A stretch of DNA of 64,000 nucleotides from assembly GCA_002011475.1 (NCBI GenBank), contig MTNP01000008.1, positions 4,037-68,036 on the forward strand, given 5' to 3'. The notes beneath the pieces were generated by a model. It did no database searches, had not been told where the DNA came from, and saw only the letters and a program-made list of their open reading frames with translations. The translations under genes and the position numbers were made by a program. The stretch is from Dehalococcoides sp. JdFR-54. GTDB taxonomy: Bacteria; Chloroflexota; Dehalococcoidia; JdFR-54. Position 1 is the first letter of the stretch. Every line of letters begins with the position of its first letter. Positions 28,576 through 37,432 of the stretch are shown here, piece after piece.

Positions 28576-30113
28576 ACCTCCAGTGCTCGGGCCACCAACT
28601 CGATGAGGTCCACAATCTCCATATCCTCCCTGCCCAGGGCCTGGGCCGCCTGCTTCAGCCTGGCTGAGTCGGCAGCGCTGGCGGTTACTATGGTCTCGGC
28701 GCCGCCCTCGGCGAGCTGCCTCAACCTGGCCTGGGCTATCTTGGAGTTAACCTCCTCGGAGGCCCCCAGGCCCCCGTCGCCCATGGTATTAGCCCCCCAA
28801 TAGTATTTTGGCTCCACCAAGCTGATGCCAGGGATACTAGCCAGAATCTCCCTAGGCTCCTCGACCATACCCAAGAACCTGGACAGAAAAGCTGGGTCGT
28901 GGAAGACCACCTTCCTGTTGCCCATGGCTTTCAGGGAGATCGCCTTCGACCTGATCTTCTCCAGAATCACCTCCAGCACAGTCCTGACCTGGATATTGGA
29001 GTCGCCGGCATATTTGGGGTAGAGCTCCCTAAAGGTGTAGGCGCAGGCAGGGCTAGGGGTTATTATCTCCTCCACCCCTGTCTCCTTAAGCAGCTTCTGC
29101 ACCTTTGCTGCCTTCTCTCTAAACTCCTTCTGGAAGCCGTAGAAGTAGAGGGGGGCGCCGCAGCACTGCTCCTCCTCGTAGAGATAGGAGAGACTACTCC
29201 CCGCCTTCTGGAGCAATTCCGCCGCCCGGGCCAGAACCGCCCTCCCCCCCTCCGTGGCCGAATACTCGCACGAGGCGAAGAACAGCGTCTTGCCGGACTT
29301 AGGGATTCCCAGGTCGGTAGCCCAGGAAGCCCGCTCCTTCCCACACACCCCGTAGAGGCTATCCGTTTCCAAGATGTTGCGGCGAATCTCCCTCACCTCT
29401 TCTGGAAGGACATCCTCCTCAACCGCCCGCTGTCTAGCCAGGATCATGCTCTCCGTTATCTCTATATCCTTGGGGCACGAGGTGGTGCAGGCCCGGCACA
29501 GGGTACAGTTATACAGCCCCATATCCACGGCCTGAGCCACCCTATCATACTCCTCCAAGGGATTGAACATGGCCCGTATGATGTTCGCCAAATACATGGG
29601 CCCGACGAACCTCGCCGGGCTCTCCAACCAAGGGGGGCAGATGGAATTGCAGCCGTGGCAGTCGGCGCAGATAGTCAAAGCCCTAGAGACGCCTATCGCC
29701 TCGGGCTTGGCCGGTATAAAGCCTATGGGTTTGCCCTCTCGCCCGTATTTGATCTTGCGAAACATCTCGGCCGTCTGCTGGGTTCTATCGATGACGAGAT
29801 CCCTGATCACCGGGTATCCCTTTAGAGGCTCCAGAACGTCTCCATCCTGGGCCAGCGCCCGACAGGCAAGGGCCGGAACGCCGTTTACCGAGATGGTGCA
29901 GGCACCGCAACCAGCCTCGCGGCATCCCCTCCGGAAGGCGATGTTGGCCCGGCTGTGCTTGTTTATGTAGGTTAGGGCCATGATGGCAGTAAGGCTGGGC
30001 AGCCACTCGGCTTCATAGGTTTCGTACCTGGGTTCCGCGTCTGTCTCCGGATTGAACCGGTATACGGTCAGTTTTATAGTCTTGGTCTCGGCGGTCGCGC
30101 TCACAATGGTCAC
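28572..30113 (-). CDS. tfrB: thiol:fumarate reductase subunit B-like (SdhB/FrdB Fe-S domain fused to CCG domains)
   Basis: GCREAGCGAC [2Fe-2S], CADCHGCNSICP and CTLCRACTTSCP, EQCCG. GTG start at 30113 preferred; TTG at 30137 is possible. Confidence 0.8.
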   Translation of the reverse strand: MTIVSATAETKTIKLTVYRFNPETDAEPRYETYEAEWLPSLTAIMALTYINKHSRANIAFRRGCREAGCGACTISVNGVPALACRALAQDGDVLEPLKGYPVIRDLVIDRTQQTAEMFRKIKYGREGKPIGFIPAKPEAIGVSRALTICADCHGCNSICPPWLESPARFVGPMYLANIIRAMFNPLEEYDRVAQAVDMGLYNCTLCRACTTSCPKDIEITESMILARQRAVEEDVLPEEVREIRRNILETDSLYGVCGKERASWATDLGIPKSGKTLFFASCEYSATEGGRAVLARAAELLQKAGSSLSYLYEEEQCCGAPLYFYGFQKEFREKAAKVQKLLKETGVEEIITPSPACAYTFRELYPKYAGDSNIQVRTVLEVILEKIRSKAISLKAMGNRKVVFHDPAFLSRFLGMVEEPREILASIPGISLVEPKYYWGANTMGDGGLGASEEVNSKIAQARLRQLAEGGAETIVTASAADSARLKQAAQALGREDMEIVDLIELVARALEV

Positions 30114-30126
30114 CTCGTCTCCGCTT

Positions 30127-31887
30127 CTAGTCTGCAAGGCCGGGTAAACCGGCCTCCTCCGGCGTGAGCAGGGTCACCCGAACCGGCCTGGCAGTGGTCT
30201 TGATCATCTTGGAGAGGCTGGAAGCCGAGGGGTCATAGGTAACCTCGATGTTCTTCAGCCAGTTCTTGTTGTCAGTATCGGGGTAGTCTTCTCGGTAGTG
30301 GTTGGCCCGGCTCTCCGTGCGCAGCAAAGCTGAGAGCGCCATCGCCTGACTCATGAACAGCCTGGGATAAAGATCCAGGGCCTCCAGCCACTCGTAGTTC
30401 CAGGTCTTGGAGCCGTCGCTGACCCTTACTTTAGGTAGCTCCTGGCTCCACATAGCGTCCATCTCCGCCACGGCCTGCCCCAGCCCCTTCCCATCCCTGA
30501 TAACGCTGACATACTTCCACATCAGATCCAGGTGTCTATCCCTGAGCTCCAGCGGGCTGATGCCGTCCCCCCTCTCCAGAGGCGCAAAGACCCGCTGCAT
30601 CTCCTCTTTGACCTGGTCCTGAGGAACCTTGGCCACCATGCCTGCCTTCTTCAGCCTGGTGGCCCGGATGGAGGCGGCCTGCCCCGCCCTGATGCCGGTC
30701 ACCATGAGATCGGGAAGAGAGTTGGAGCCGAGCCTGTTGCCACCGTGAATCCCCCCGGCGGTCTCACCGACGGCGTATAAACCGGGGATGTCCTCAGACT
30801 CAAACATAACATTTACCACCACCCCGCCGTCAGTGTAGTGGGCTGCTGGCGTTATCTCAAAGGGCTCGGTCCTGATATCTATGCCTACGCTCTTGATGTT
30901 GGCAAACATGGAGGGCAGTCTCTTCTCGATGACCTCTGGTGGAATGTGAGTAAGGCTCAGGTAAACACCACCCCTCTCCGTAGCGTTGCCCGCCATATAT
31001 TCCCTATAGATACTTCTGGAGATGAAGTCCCTAGTGGCCACCTCCAACCACTCAGGGGAATACTTGATCATGAACCGCTCGCCGTGCTTGTTGTAGAGCC
31101 TCCCCCCTTCAGACCTGAGGGCCTCACTACCGGCCATGCCTCTCAGGCCCGGGGGCCACCAGATGGCGGTGGGATGCCACTGGAGCATCTCCAGGTCCAC
31201 CACCCTCGCCCCCGCCAGCATGGCCATGTAGTAACCGTCGCCCACATTCCAGTCTCCGGTATAGGCCAGGGGAAAGACCCTTCCCATGCCACCCGTCGCC
31301 AGGACTACTGCCTTGGCCTTGAAAACGATGAACTTGCCGTCTCGAACGCTGACAGCGGTGGCTCCCGCCACCTCGCCCCGCGCATCGATCAGGAGCTTGG
31401 TCACATTTACCTCATCGAGCACCCTGACCGGGGATCTCACCAGCCTGGCCTTGAGCCCCTTTATCATCTCCGAGCCGCTCCTATCCCCGCTGCTCACCGA
31501 GCGGGCATAGGTATGGCCTCCGAATTGGCGCAGGTAGGGTCCCCCATCCTCGTCCCTATCCCAAATGCACCCCCAATCCTCGAGGGCGAAAAGGGCCATG
31601 GGAGCTTCCTTCACAAAAACCTCGACCAGAGCCTGGTCGCTGAGGAAAGAGCCGCCTAGCACTGTGTCGCAGAAATGCTGCCACCACGAGTCCCTGGGAT
31701 CCCTCACGTAAAACCCGGCTATACCACCCAGCGCTGCCGGGGTACACCCGCTGTGCCCGATGAGCCCCTTGACCGCCAGAGTCACCTCCACCCCGTGCTT
31801 GGCGGCCTCGATGGCCGCCACTATACCGGCACCACCCCCACCTACCACCAATACATCAGTCTCTATTACCTCGTCCACTTCCGGCAT
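30127..31887 (-). CDS. tfrA: fumarate reductase/succinate dehydrogenase flavoprotein, TfrA-like
   Basis: GGGGAG, SGCT without the covalent FAD His, FGGH, QWHPT, EALR, RD, HYTDGG, HGGNRLGSNSL. Confidence 0.85.
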   Translation of the reverse strand: MPEVDEVIETDVLVVGGGGAGIVAAIEAAKHGVEVTLAVKGLIGHSGCTPAALGGIAGFYVRDPRDSWWQHFCDTVLGGSFLSDQALVEVFVKEAPMALFALEDWGCIWDRDEDGGPYLRQFGGHTYARSVSSGDRSGSEMIKGLKARLVRSPVRVLDEVNVTKLLIDARGEVAGATAVSVRDGKFIVFKAKAVVLATGGMGRVFPLAYTGDWNVGDGYYMAMLAGARVVDLEMLQWHPTAIWWPPGLRGMAGSEALRSEGGRLYNKHGERFMIKYSPEWLEVATRDFISRSIYREYMAGNATERGGVYLSLTHIPPEVIEKRLPSMFANIKSVGIDIRTEPFEITPAAHYTDGGVVVNVMFESEDIPGLYAVGETAGGIHGGNRLGSNSLPDLMVTGIRAGQAASIRATRLKKAGMVAKVPQDQVKEEMQRVFAPLERGDGISPLELRDRHLDLMWKYVSVIRDGKGLGQAVAEMDAMWSQELPKVRVSDGSKTWNYEWLEALDLYPRLFMSQAMALSALLRTESRANHYREDYPDTDNKNWLKNIEVTYDPSASSLSKMIKTTARPVRVTLLTPEEAGLPGLAD

Positions 31888-31954
31888 GCCTTCACCTCGC
31901 TTTCGCCTCTGATTTGTCTACCCGTATGGATTGCCCCTCAACCCAGCGGAGACA

Positions 31955-32024
31955 AATATATTCGCCCCAGCCTAGCTTGTCAAGGCCAACTGCTGTTGAC
32001 ATCGAGCACCCTCTTTGGCAAAAT
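31955..32024. promoter_or_regulatory. divergent promoter pair (tfr operon / mutase operon)
   Basis: Minus: TTGACA-17-TATATT (31983-31955). Plus: TTGACA-17-CAAAAT with TG extension (31996-32024). Confidence 0.65.
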
Positions 32025-32087
32025 GGGGACGACACCTAGAACGCCCTTCGTTGCACGTTTCGATGCGAAGTGGGATTGCCTGGGAAG

Positions 32088-32543
32088 ATGGGGCAGCCAC
32101 AGATCACCATTATAACCGGGGTGTTACGAGATATCCACCACCTTGGCATAAAGGTAGTGGGATATGCTCTCCAGGAAGCTGGCTTCCGACCGGTCTTTAT
32201 CGGGGCCAGATTGGAGCAGGAAGAGTTCATCCAGGCCGCTATCGAGACCGATGCCAAGGCCATCTTTATGTCCTCCTCCAACGGCCACGCCGAGCTTGAC
32301 GCCGTCGATATGCGGGAGAAGTGCACAGAAGTAGGCCTGGGTAATATCCTGCTCTACCTGGGCGGCAATCTGGTCATCGCCGCTCAGGAACAGGACTGGA
32401 CGAGCATTGAAGGCCGATTCAAGGAGATGGGTTACGACCGGGTATATCCACCCGGGGTGAGCCCGGCACAGGTGATCCAGGACTTGAAGGCAGACCTAGC
32501 CCAACGATATGGAATATCCGAAGTGGCTAGGGACGAGCGGTGA
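32088..32543 (+). CDS. glmS: glutamate mutase S (B12-binding) subunit-like, copy 1
   Basis: DIHHLG (DxHxxG), EEFIQAAIET, SSSNGH, LYLGGNLV, GYDRVYPP. Confidence 0.9.
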   Translation: MGQPQITIITGVLRDIHHLGIKVVGYALQEAGFRPVFIGARLEQEEFIQAAIETDAKAIFMSSSNGHAELDAVDMREKCTEVGLGNILLYLGGNLVIAAQEQDWTSIEGRFKEMGYDRVYPPGVSPAQVIQDLKADLAQRYGISEVARDER

Positions 32544-34000
32544 AGCTAGAGAACAGGCGCTGGACAGATGAGGAATTCGGGCAAGCCTTCCGGGAGGTAA
32601 TGTCCCTCTATCCCACGGGGCGGGAGGTGGATCTGGATGAGGCGGTGGAATACCTCAGGGCGCTGCCCCCGGAAAAGAGCGTCCCAGCAGCCTTTGACAG
32701 GGCGAAGCGGGATGGGCTGCTCCTGCTGAACCCCAGGGGAGGGGTGGCCACCCTGGAGGCCATGACCCAGCTTCTGCTCTGCCTCCAGAATGAGGGCGGC
32801 GCCGATATCCTGCCCGTAGAGCCGGACAGCTATTCGAGGCGCAATATGTTCCAGGAGGCAGCGGCTGGCCTTGAGGAGAGCCAGAGGCAGGGACGCTCCA
32901 TGCTTAACGGCTTTCCCCTGCCCATCCATGGCGTGGCCACCTGCCGGCGCCTCACCGAGTCGGTGCAGAGGCCCCTGGTCTGTCGCTCAGCGGCGCCCCG
33001 GACCCAATTCGTGAACACCATCGCCTTCGTCAGTGGCATAACCGAGGCAATTGGCAGCGCCACCGGTCTCGCCCTGTGCATGGAGTATGGCCTCGACCTG
33101 GCCCAGGCCATCCAGGATCAGCAGTACACAGCTCGGCTGGTGGGGTGGTTTCAGGAGCGGGGGGTTGCCCTGGGTTTAGATGTCAACAACACTGTAGCCG
33201 CCGGAACCATCGCCGAGCCGAGCCTTTCCATAGCCTACGGGGTCATTGATAGCCTCATCGCCGCCGAACAGGGGGCTCGGTATCAGTCCATCTCCTACCA
33301 GCCCAATCACCACTTCGTCCAGGACCTAGCTGGAATGCGGGCTCAGATGAAGCTGGCCCAGCACTATTTCACCAAGTTCGGATACGACTGGTCTGGGCTG
33401 AGCCAGGCTGTCCACCAGTGGAACGGGCCCTTCCCCCGCGACCCCGCCCGCGCCTATGCCATCATCGTCCTGTCCACAGCCATCGCCTACCTGGGCAAGG
33501 CGAGGCGTATCATGGTGAAGAGCTGCGAGGAGGGATTAGGAGTGCCCACGCCCCAGGCCAACGCCGCCGGCGTGCGCGCTACCCGCCAGGTCGTGGATAT
33601 GCTGCGGGGCCAGGAATTCCCAGAAAGCCCCCAACTCCGAGAGGAGCAGGCGATAATCGAGACCGAGGGCAGGCTGCTCATAGACAAGGTGCTGGAGGTG
33701 GGGGACGGCGATATCGCCGTAGGAGCGGTGCGGGCCCACGAGGCCGGGCTCATCGAGTTCCCCTTCAGCATTAACAAGGCTAACAAGGGACAGATGCTCC
33801 TGGCCCGGGACGCCACCGGGGCCGTCCGATTCCTAGACCCCGGCCACCTCCCCTTCCCCAAGGAGATTCGACAGTTCCACCAGGAGAAACTGCGGGAGAG
33901 ACAGCGCTCCGAGGGCCTAGAACCGCTGGAGATGCTCGTTCGGGATCTGCGGGAGGTGCGGGCTCCGTTCCCTGAGGCCAAAACAAGACGGTTGGTGTAA
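32540..34000 (+). CDS. glmE: glutamate mutase E subunit-like, copy 1 (divergent active site)
   Basis: PTGREVDLDEAV, PRGG, DSYSR, SMLNGFP, AAEQG, HQWNGPFP, RDATGAVRFL. Confidence 0.88.
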   Translation: MKLENRRWTDEEFGQAFREVMSLYPTGREVDLDEAVEYLRALPPEKSVPAAFDRAKRDGLLLLNPRGGVATLEAMTQLLLCLQNEGGADILPVEPDSYSRRNMFQEAAAGLEESQRQGRSMLNGFPLPIHGVATCRRLTESVQRPLVCRSAAPRTQFVNTIAFVSGITEAIGSATGLALCMEYGLDLAQAIQDQQYTARLVGWFQERGVALGLDVNNTVAAGTIAEPSLSIAYGVIDSLIAAEQGARYQSISYQPNHHFVQDLAGMRAQMKLAQHYFTKFGYDWSGLSQAVHQWNGPFPRDPARAYAIIVLSTAIAYLGKARRIMVKSCEEGLGVPTPQANAAGVRATRQVVDMLRGQEFPESPQLREEQAIIETEGRLLIDKVLEVGDGDIAVGAVRAHEAGLIEFPFSINKANKGQMLLARDATGAVRFLDPGHLPFPKEIRQFHQEKLRERQRSEGLEPLEMLVRDLREVRAPFPEAKTRRLV

Positions 34001-34007
34001 CAAGGTG

Positions 34008-34418
34008 ATGGGCAAGACCGTAGTGATTGGGACCATAGGCAGTGACTGCCACGTGGTGGGCAACTGGATCATGGCTCGCAGCTTGGAGCAGGCGGGGTTT
34101 AAAGTGGTTCAATTGGGAGCCTGCGTCTCCCAGGAGGAGTTTATCGATGCCGCCGTGGAGGCCAAGGCCGATGCCATCTTCGTCTCTTCCCTCTATGGAA
34201 TGGGCCTGTTCGACTCTGAGGGGCTCAGGGAGAAGTGCATCGAGGCGGGGTTAAAGGACATCCTTCTCTACATCGGCGGCTACCTAGTGACGACCAGACA
34301 GGAATGGCCGGACATTGAGAAACAGTATAAGGACATCGGTTTCGATCGAGTGTATCCCCCCGAGACCAAGCCAGCGGTGGCTATCGCCGACCTGAAGCGG
34401 GATCTGGGATTATCCTAG
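34008..34418 (+). CDS. glmS: glutamate mutase S subunit-like, copy 2
   Basis: IGSDCHVVGN, QEEFIDAA, SSLYG, LYIGG, GFDRVYPP. Confidence 0.92.
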   Translation: MGKTVVIGTIGSDCHVVGNWIMARSLEQAGFKVVQLGACVSQEEFIDAAVEAKADAIFVSSLYGMGLFDSEGLREKCIEAGLKDILLYIGGYLVTTRQEWPDIEKQYKDIGFDRVYPPETKPAVAIADLKRDLGLS

Positions 34419-34447
34419 CCCAGAGACCAAGAGGACAGGCAGAGCTT

Positions 34448-35881
34448 ATGGAACTGAGCAGCAGAAGATGGGATGAAGAACAGCTCCTCGAAGTGCGCAA
34501 GGAGGTCCTAGCCCAGTGGCCCACGGGCCGGGAGGTGGACCTGGATGAGGCCGTGGAATACCAGAAGAGCCTGCCCCAGGAGAAGGTCTGGGCTCGAAAA
34601 CTGACCCAGGGCTACCAGCAGGGCACGGTATTCACCATGCCCCAGGTGGGGCGGGCCACCGTGGAAGAGACGGCAACCCATATGAAGTATGTGGAAGAGG
34701 AAGCCGGGGCCGATGCCTGGCTCATCTTCATGGATACCTACACCCGAAAAGGTAGGTTTAAGGACGCCCAGCAGGGCATTGACGAGAGCATCAGGCAGGG
34801 CAGGTCCATGCTAAATGGATATCCCGCGGTTTGCCACGGTGTCAAGGGTCTGCGGCGGATTCGAGAGGTGAGCCAGGTTCCCTTCTATATCACCAATGTG
34901 GATGAAGACCCCAGGCTGGCCACGGAGATCGGGTTTGCCGGGGGCGCCACAGGATATCTGTCCTATGACCTCCACGATTTGCTCCAGCATTCCAAGAATT
35001 ACCCCCTGGATATGAGAATCCAGAACAACCAGTACGGCAACCGGCTTATCTCCTATTACGAGGAGCGGGGAGCCCCCATAGTGGCCTGGTCCTCCGGCCA
35101 CTTCAACGGCTGGGAGCCCCCTGGGCTGAAGATCCCCATAGTTATCCTGACCGCCTTGCTCACCGCGGAACAAGGGGTTAAGCATATCGGGCTTACCCTT
35201 GGCCTATGTGTACACCTGGTGCAGGACGTAGCGGCGCTGAGAGTGCTCCATGAGCTGACCAAGGAATACCTGGCTCGATTCGGCTACTCTGATGTAGCCG
35301 TATATCTCTGGACCTACCCCTTTCTGGGGGTCTGGCCCAGGGATGTGGACCGAACCGCAGCCCTCATCGCCTGGCAGGCAGCTATCAGCGTCCTTTCCGG
35401 GGTTGGCTGTATGATAGTCAAATCCCTGGACGAGGCCTACGTGGTGCCCGAAAAGGAGGGGAATGCCCATGCCGTAAAGATGGCCAAACAGATCATCGAC
35501 GTGGTCGGCAAGCAAAGGCTGGGGGAGAGCCAGGAGCTGAAGCTAGAACAGGAGATGCTCCGACGGGAGGTAAGGGCCAGCTTAGATAAAACCATCGAGC
35601 TGGGAGAGGGAGACGTGGCCATCGGGATGATGAGGGCAGTAGAGCGGGGGGTGCTGGACGGGGTCTTCTCCCCCTGGCTTCGGTGCCACAACAAGGTCCT
35701 CCCGGTGAGGGATGCCACCGGCGCCATCCGCTATCTGGACTATGGCAACGTGCCCCTGCCGCCGGAGGTGGTCGAGTACAATAACCAGAAGATCGCCGAA
35801 AGGGAGAAGCTGGAGGGCGTTAAGGCAGATATCGAGATGGTGATCCAGGACATCAGCTTCCTATCCCGGGCCCTATTCTAG
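34448..35881 (+). CDS. glmE: glutamate mutase E subunit-like, copy 2 (strongly divergent active site)
   Basis: WPTGREVDLDEAV, DTYTR, SMLNGYP, AEQGVK, VKSLDEA, RDATGAIRYL. Confidence 0.88.
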   Translation: MELSSRRWDEEQLLEVRKEVLAQWPTGREVDLDEAVEYQKSLPQEKVWARKLTQGYQQGTVFTMPQVGRATVEETATHMKYVEEEAGADAWLIFMDTYTRKGRFKDAQQGIDESIRQGRSMLNGYPAVCHGVKGLRRIREVSQVPFYITNVDEDPRLATEIGFAGGATGYLSYDLHDLLQHSKNYPLDMRIQNNQYGNRLISYYEERGAPIVAWSSGHFNGWEPPGLKIPIVILTALLTAEQGVKHIGLTLGLCVHLVQDVAALRVLHELTKEYLARFGYSDVAVYLWTYPFLGVWPRDVDRTAALIAWQAAISVLSGVGCMIVKSLDEAYVVPEKEGNAHAVKMAKQIIDVVGKQRLGESQELKLEQEMLRREVRASLDKTIELGEGDVAIGMMRAVERGVLDGVFSPWLRCHNKVLPVRDATGAIRYLDYGNVPLPPEVVEYNNQKIAEREKLEGVKADIEMVIQDISFLSRALF

Positions 35882-35911
35882 AGTATTTCCATCAGTAGAA
35901 GGGAGGGTTCC

Positions 35912-37291
35912 ATGGACAGCTCCTTTGAATTCGCCGAAAACATCGTGAATATCAGATACAGCGATCTGCCGGCAGAAGTTGTGGAAATCACCAAGAGGTG
36001 CATTCTGGATACTCTAGGCGTTATGCTGGCGGCGAGCAGCCTGGCGCCGGACGTAAAGGAAATTGTAGAGATGGTCAAGGAGGGCGGAGGCAAGGAGGAG
36101 AGCACCATCATCGCCTTCGGGGGGAGGGTGACGGCATGGATGGCCGCCTTCGCTAATGGAACCATGGGCCATCCCCTAGATTATGATGATACCCATGACC
36201 CCGCCATTGTCCATCCTACAGCACACACCATACCCGCCGCCTTCGCTATAGCGGAGCGAATTGGCGGAGTCAATGGCGAGGACTTTATCACCGCCGTAGC
36301 CTTAGCCAATGATATGGTATGTAGATTGGGGCTGGCCTTGAATAAAGGACTGTTCGGCTATGGCTGGCTAAGGCCAGTGGTCCTGGGGTTTTTCAGCTCT
36401 ACGGCGGCCGCCGGTAAGCTGCTGGGGCTAAACCGGGATCAGATGGTAAACGCCTTCGGTCTCGTCCTCAACCAAGTAGCCGGCAGCCTGGAGCCCGTCC
36501 ATACCCCCGGGTCTGCCTTCCGGGCGATACGGGATGCTTTCTCAGCCAAGGCGGGCGTTCTCTCCGCCCTCATGGCAGAGCGGGGTGTACCCGGCGACAG
36601 GAACAGCCTGCAGGGGAAATATGGCCTGTTCAACCTATATTTCCAGGGCGACTATGACCCCACCCGACTCACCGCCGAGCTGGGCAAAAGGTTTGAAGGG
36701 GTCAACGTCAGCTTTAAGCCTTGGCCTGCCTGTCGGAATGCGCACCCCTTCATAACCGCGACCCTGGATATCGTAAAGGGAAATGGTATCAAACCGGAGG
36801 ACACCGAAGCTATCCTGCTGGCGGGGGGCAGCTTTGCCCAATCCCTGTGTGAGCCTCTGGAGGAGAGACGGAGGCCCAAGGCAAGCATCGACGCCAAGGT
36901 CAGTTTGCCCTTTATCATCGGGGCAGCCCTGGCCCGGGGAAAGGTTGTCCTCTCGGACTTCACCCCCGCGGGCCTCAATGACCCCGCGGCTCTGGAAATG
37001 GCCCAAAAGGTGACCTTCAGGTTCGAGGAGCGCTTCAACACAAGTGGCATCGAGCCCGCCTTGGTCGAAATAAAGACCAAGGACGGCGGGACCTACTCAA
37101 AGGAAGTGGAGTTTGCCTACGGCCACCCTCAGAACCCCATGACCCTGGATGACCTGATAGCTAAGTTCAGGGATTGTGCCTCCTATTCGGTGAGGCCCCT
37201 GGCCAACGATGCCGTTGACCAAGTAATCCAGATGGTCACCAACTTGGAGGGCGTAGAGGACGTAGGTGCCGTTGTCCGCTTGCTGGGTTAG
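35912..37291 (+). CDS. MmgE/PrpD family protein
   Basis: ILDTLG, HPLDYDDTH, HP, KPWPACRNAH, GHPQNPM. Confidence 0.93.
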   Translation: MDSSFEFAENIVNIRYSDLPAEVVEITKRCILDTLGVMLAASSLAPDVKEIVEMVKEGGGKEESTIIAFGGRVTAWMAAFANGTMGHPLDYDDTHDPAIVHPTAHTIPAAFAIAERIGGVNGEDFITAVALANDMVCRLGLALNKGLFGYGWLRPVVLGFFSSTAAAGKLLGLNRDQMVNAFGLVLNQVAGSLEPVHTPGSAFRAIRDAFSAKAGVLSALMAERGVPGDRNSLQGKYGLFNLYFQGDYDPTRLTAELGKRFEGVNVSFKPWPACRNAHPFITATLDIVKGNGIKPEDTEAILLAGGSFAQSLCEPLEERRRPKASIDAKVSLPFIIGAALARGKVVLSDFTPAGLNDPAALEMAQKVTFRFEERFNTSGIEPALVEIKTKDGGTYSKEVEFAYGHPQNPMTLDDLIAKFRDCASYSVRPLANDAVDQVIQMVTNLEGVEDVGAVVRLLG

Positions 37292-37432
37292 CACCGCTGG
37301 CACCTGACCACCCTCCCTTACCGCCGGGAATCCGATTTTATGCCAAGTAAGAATGGTGGAACGACGGCTGAAAGGGGCTCTTCGTGGCACGGGCTCTTTG
37401 TCTGACTTGCCTCTGGGCGTAGGAGCGAAGGC

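Noticed and set aside
28572-31887. Methanogen or archaeal origin of the window based on tfrAB and the CDC48-N-like gene
   Set aside because: Bacterial -35/-10 promoters, lipobox lipoproteins and a ribosome-mediated attenuator point to a bacterium.
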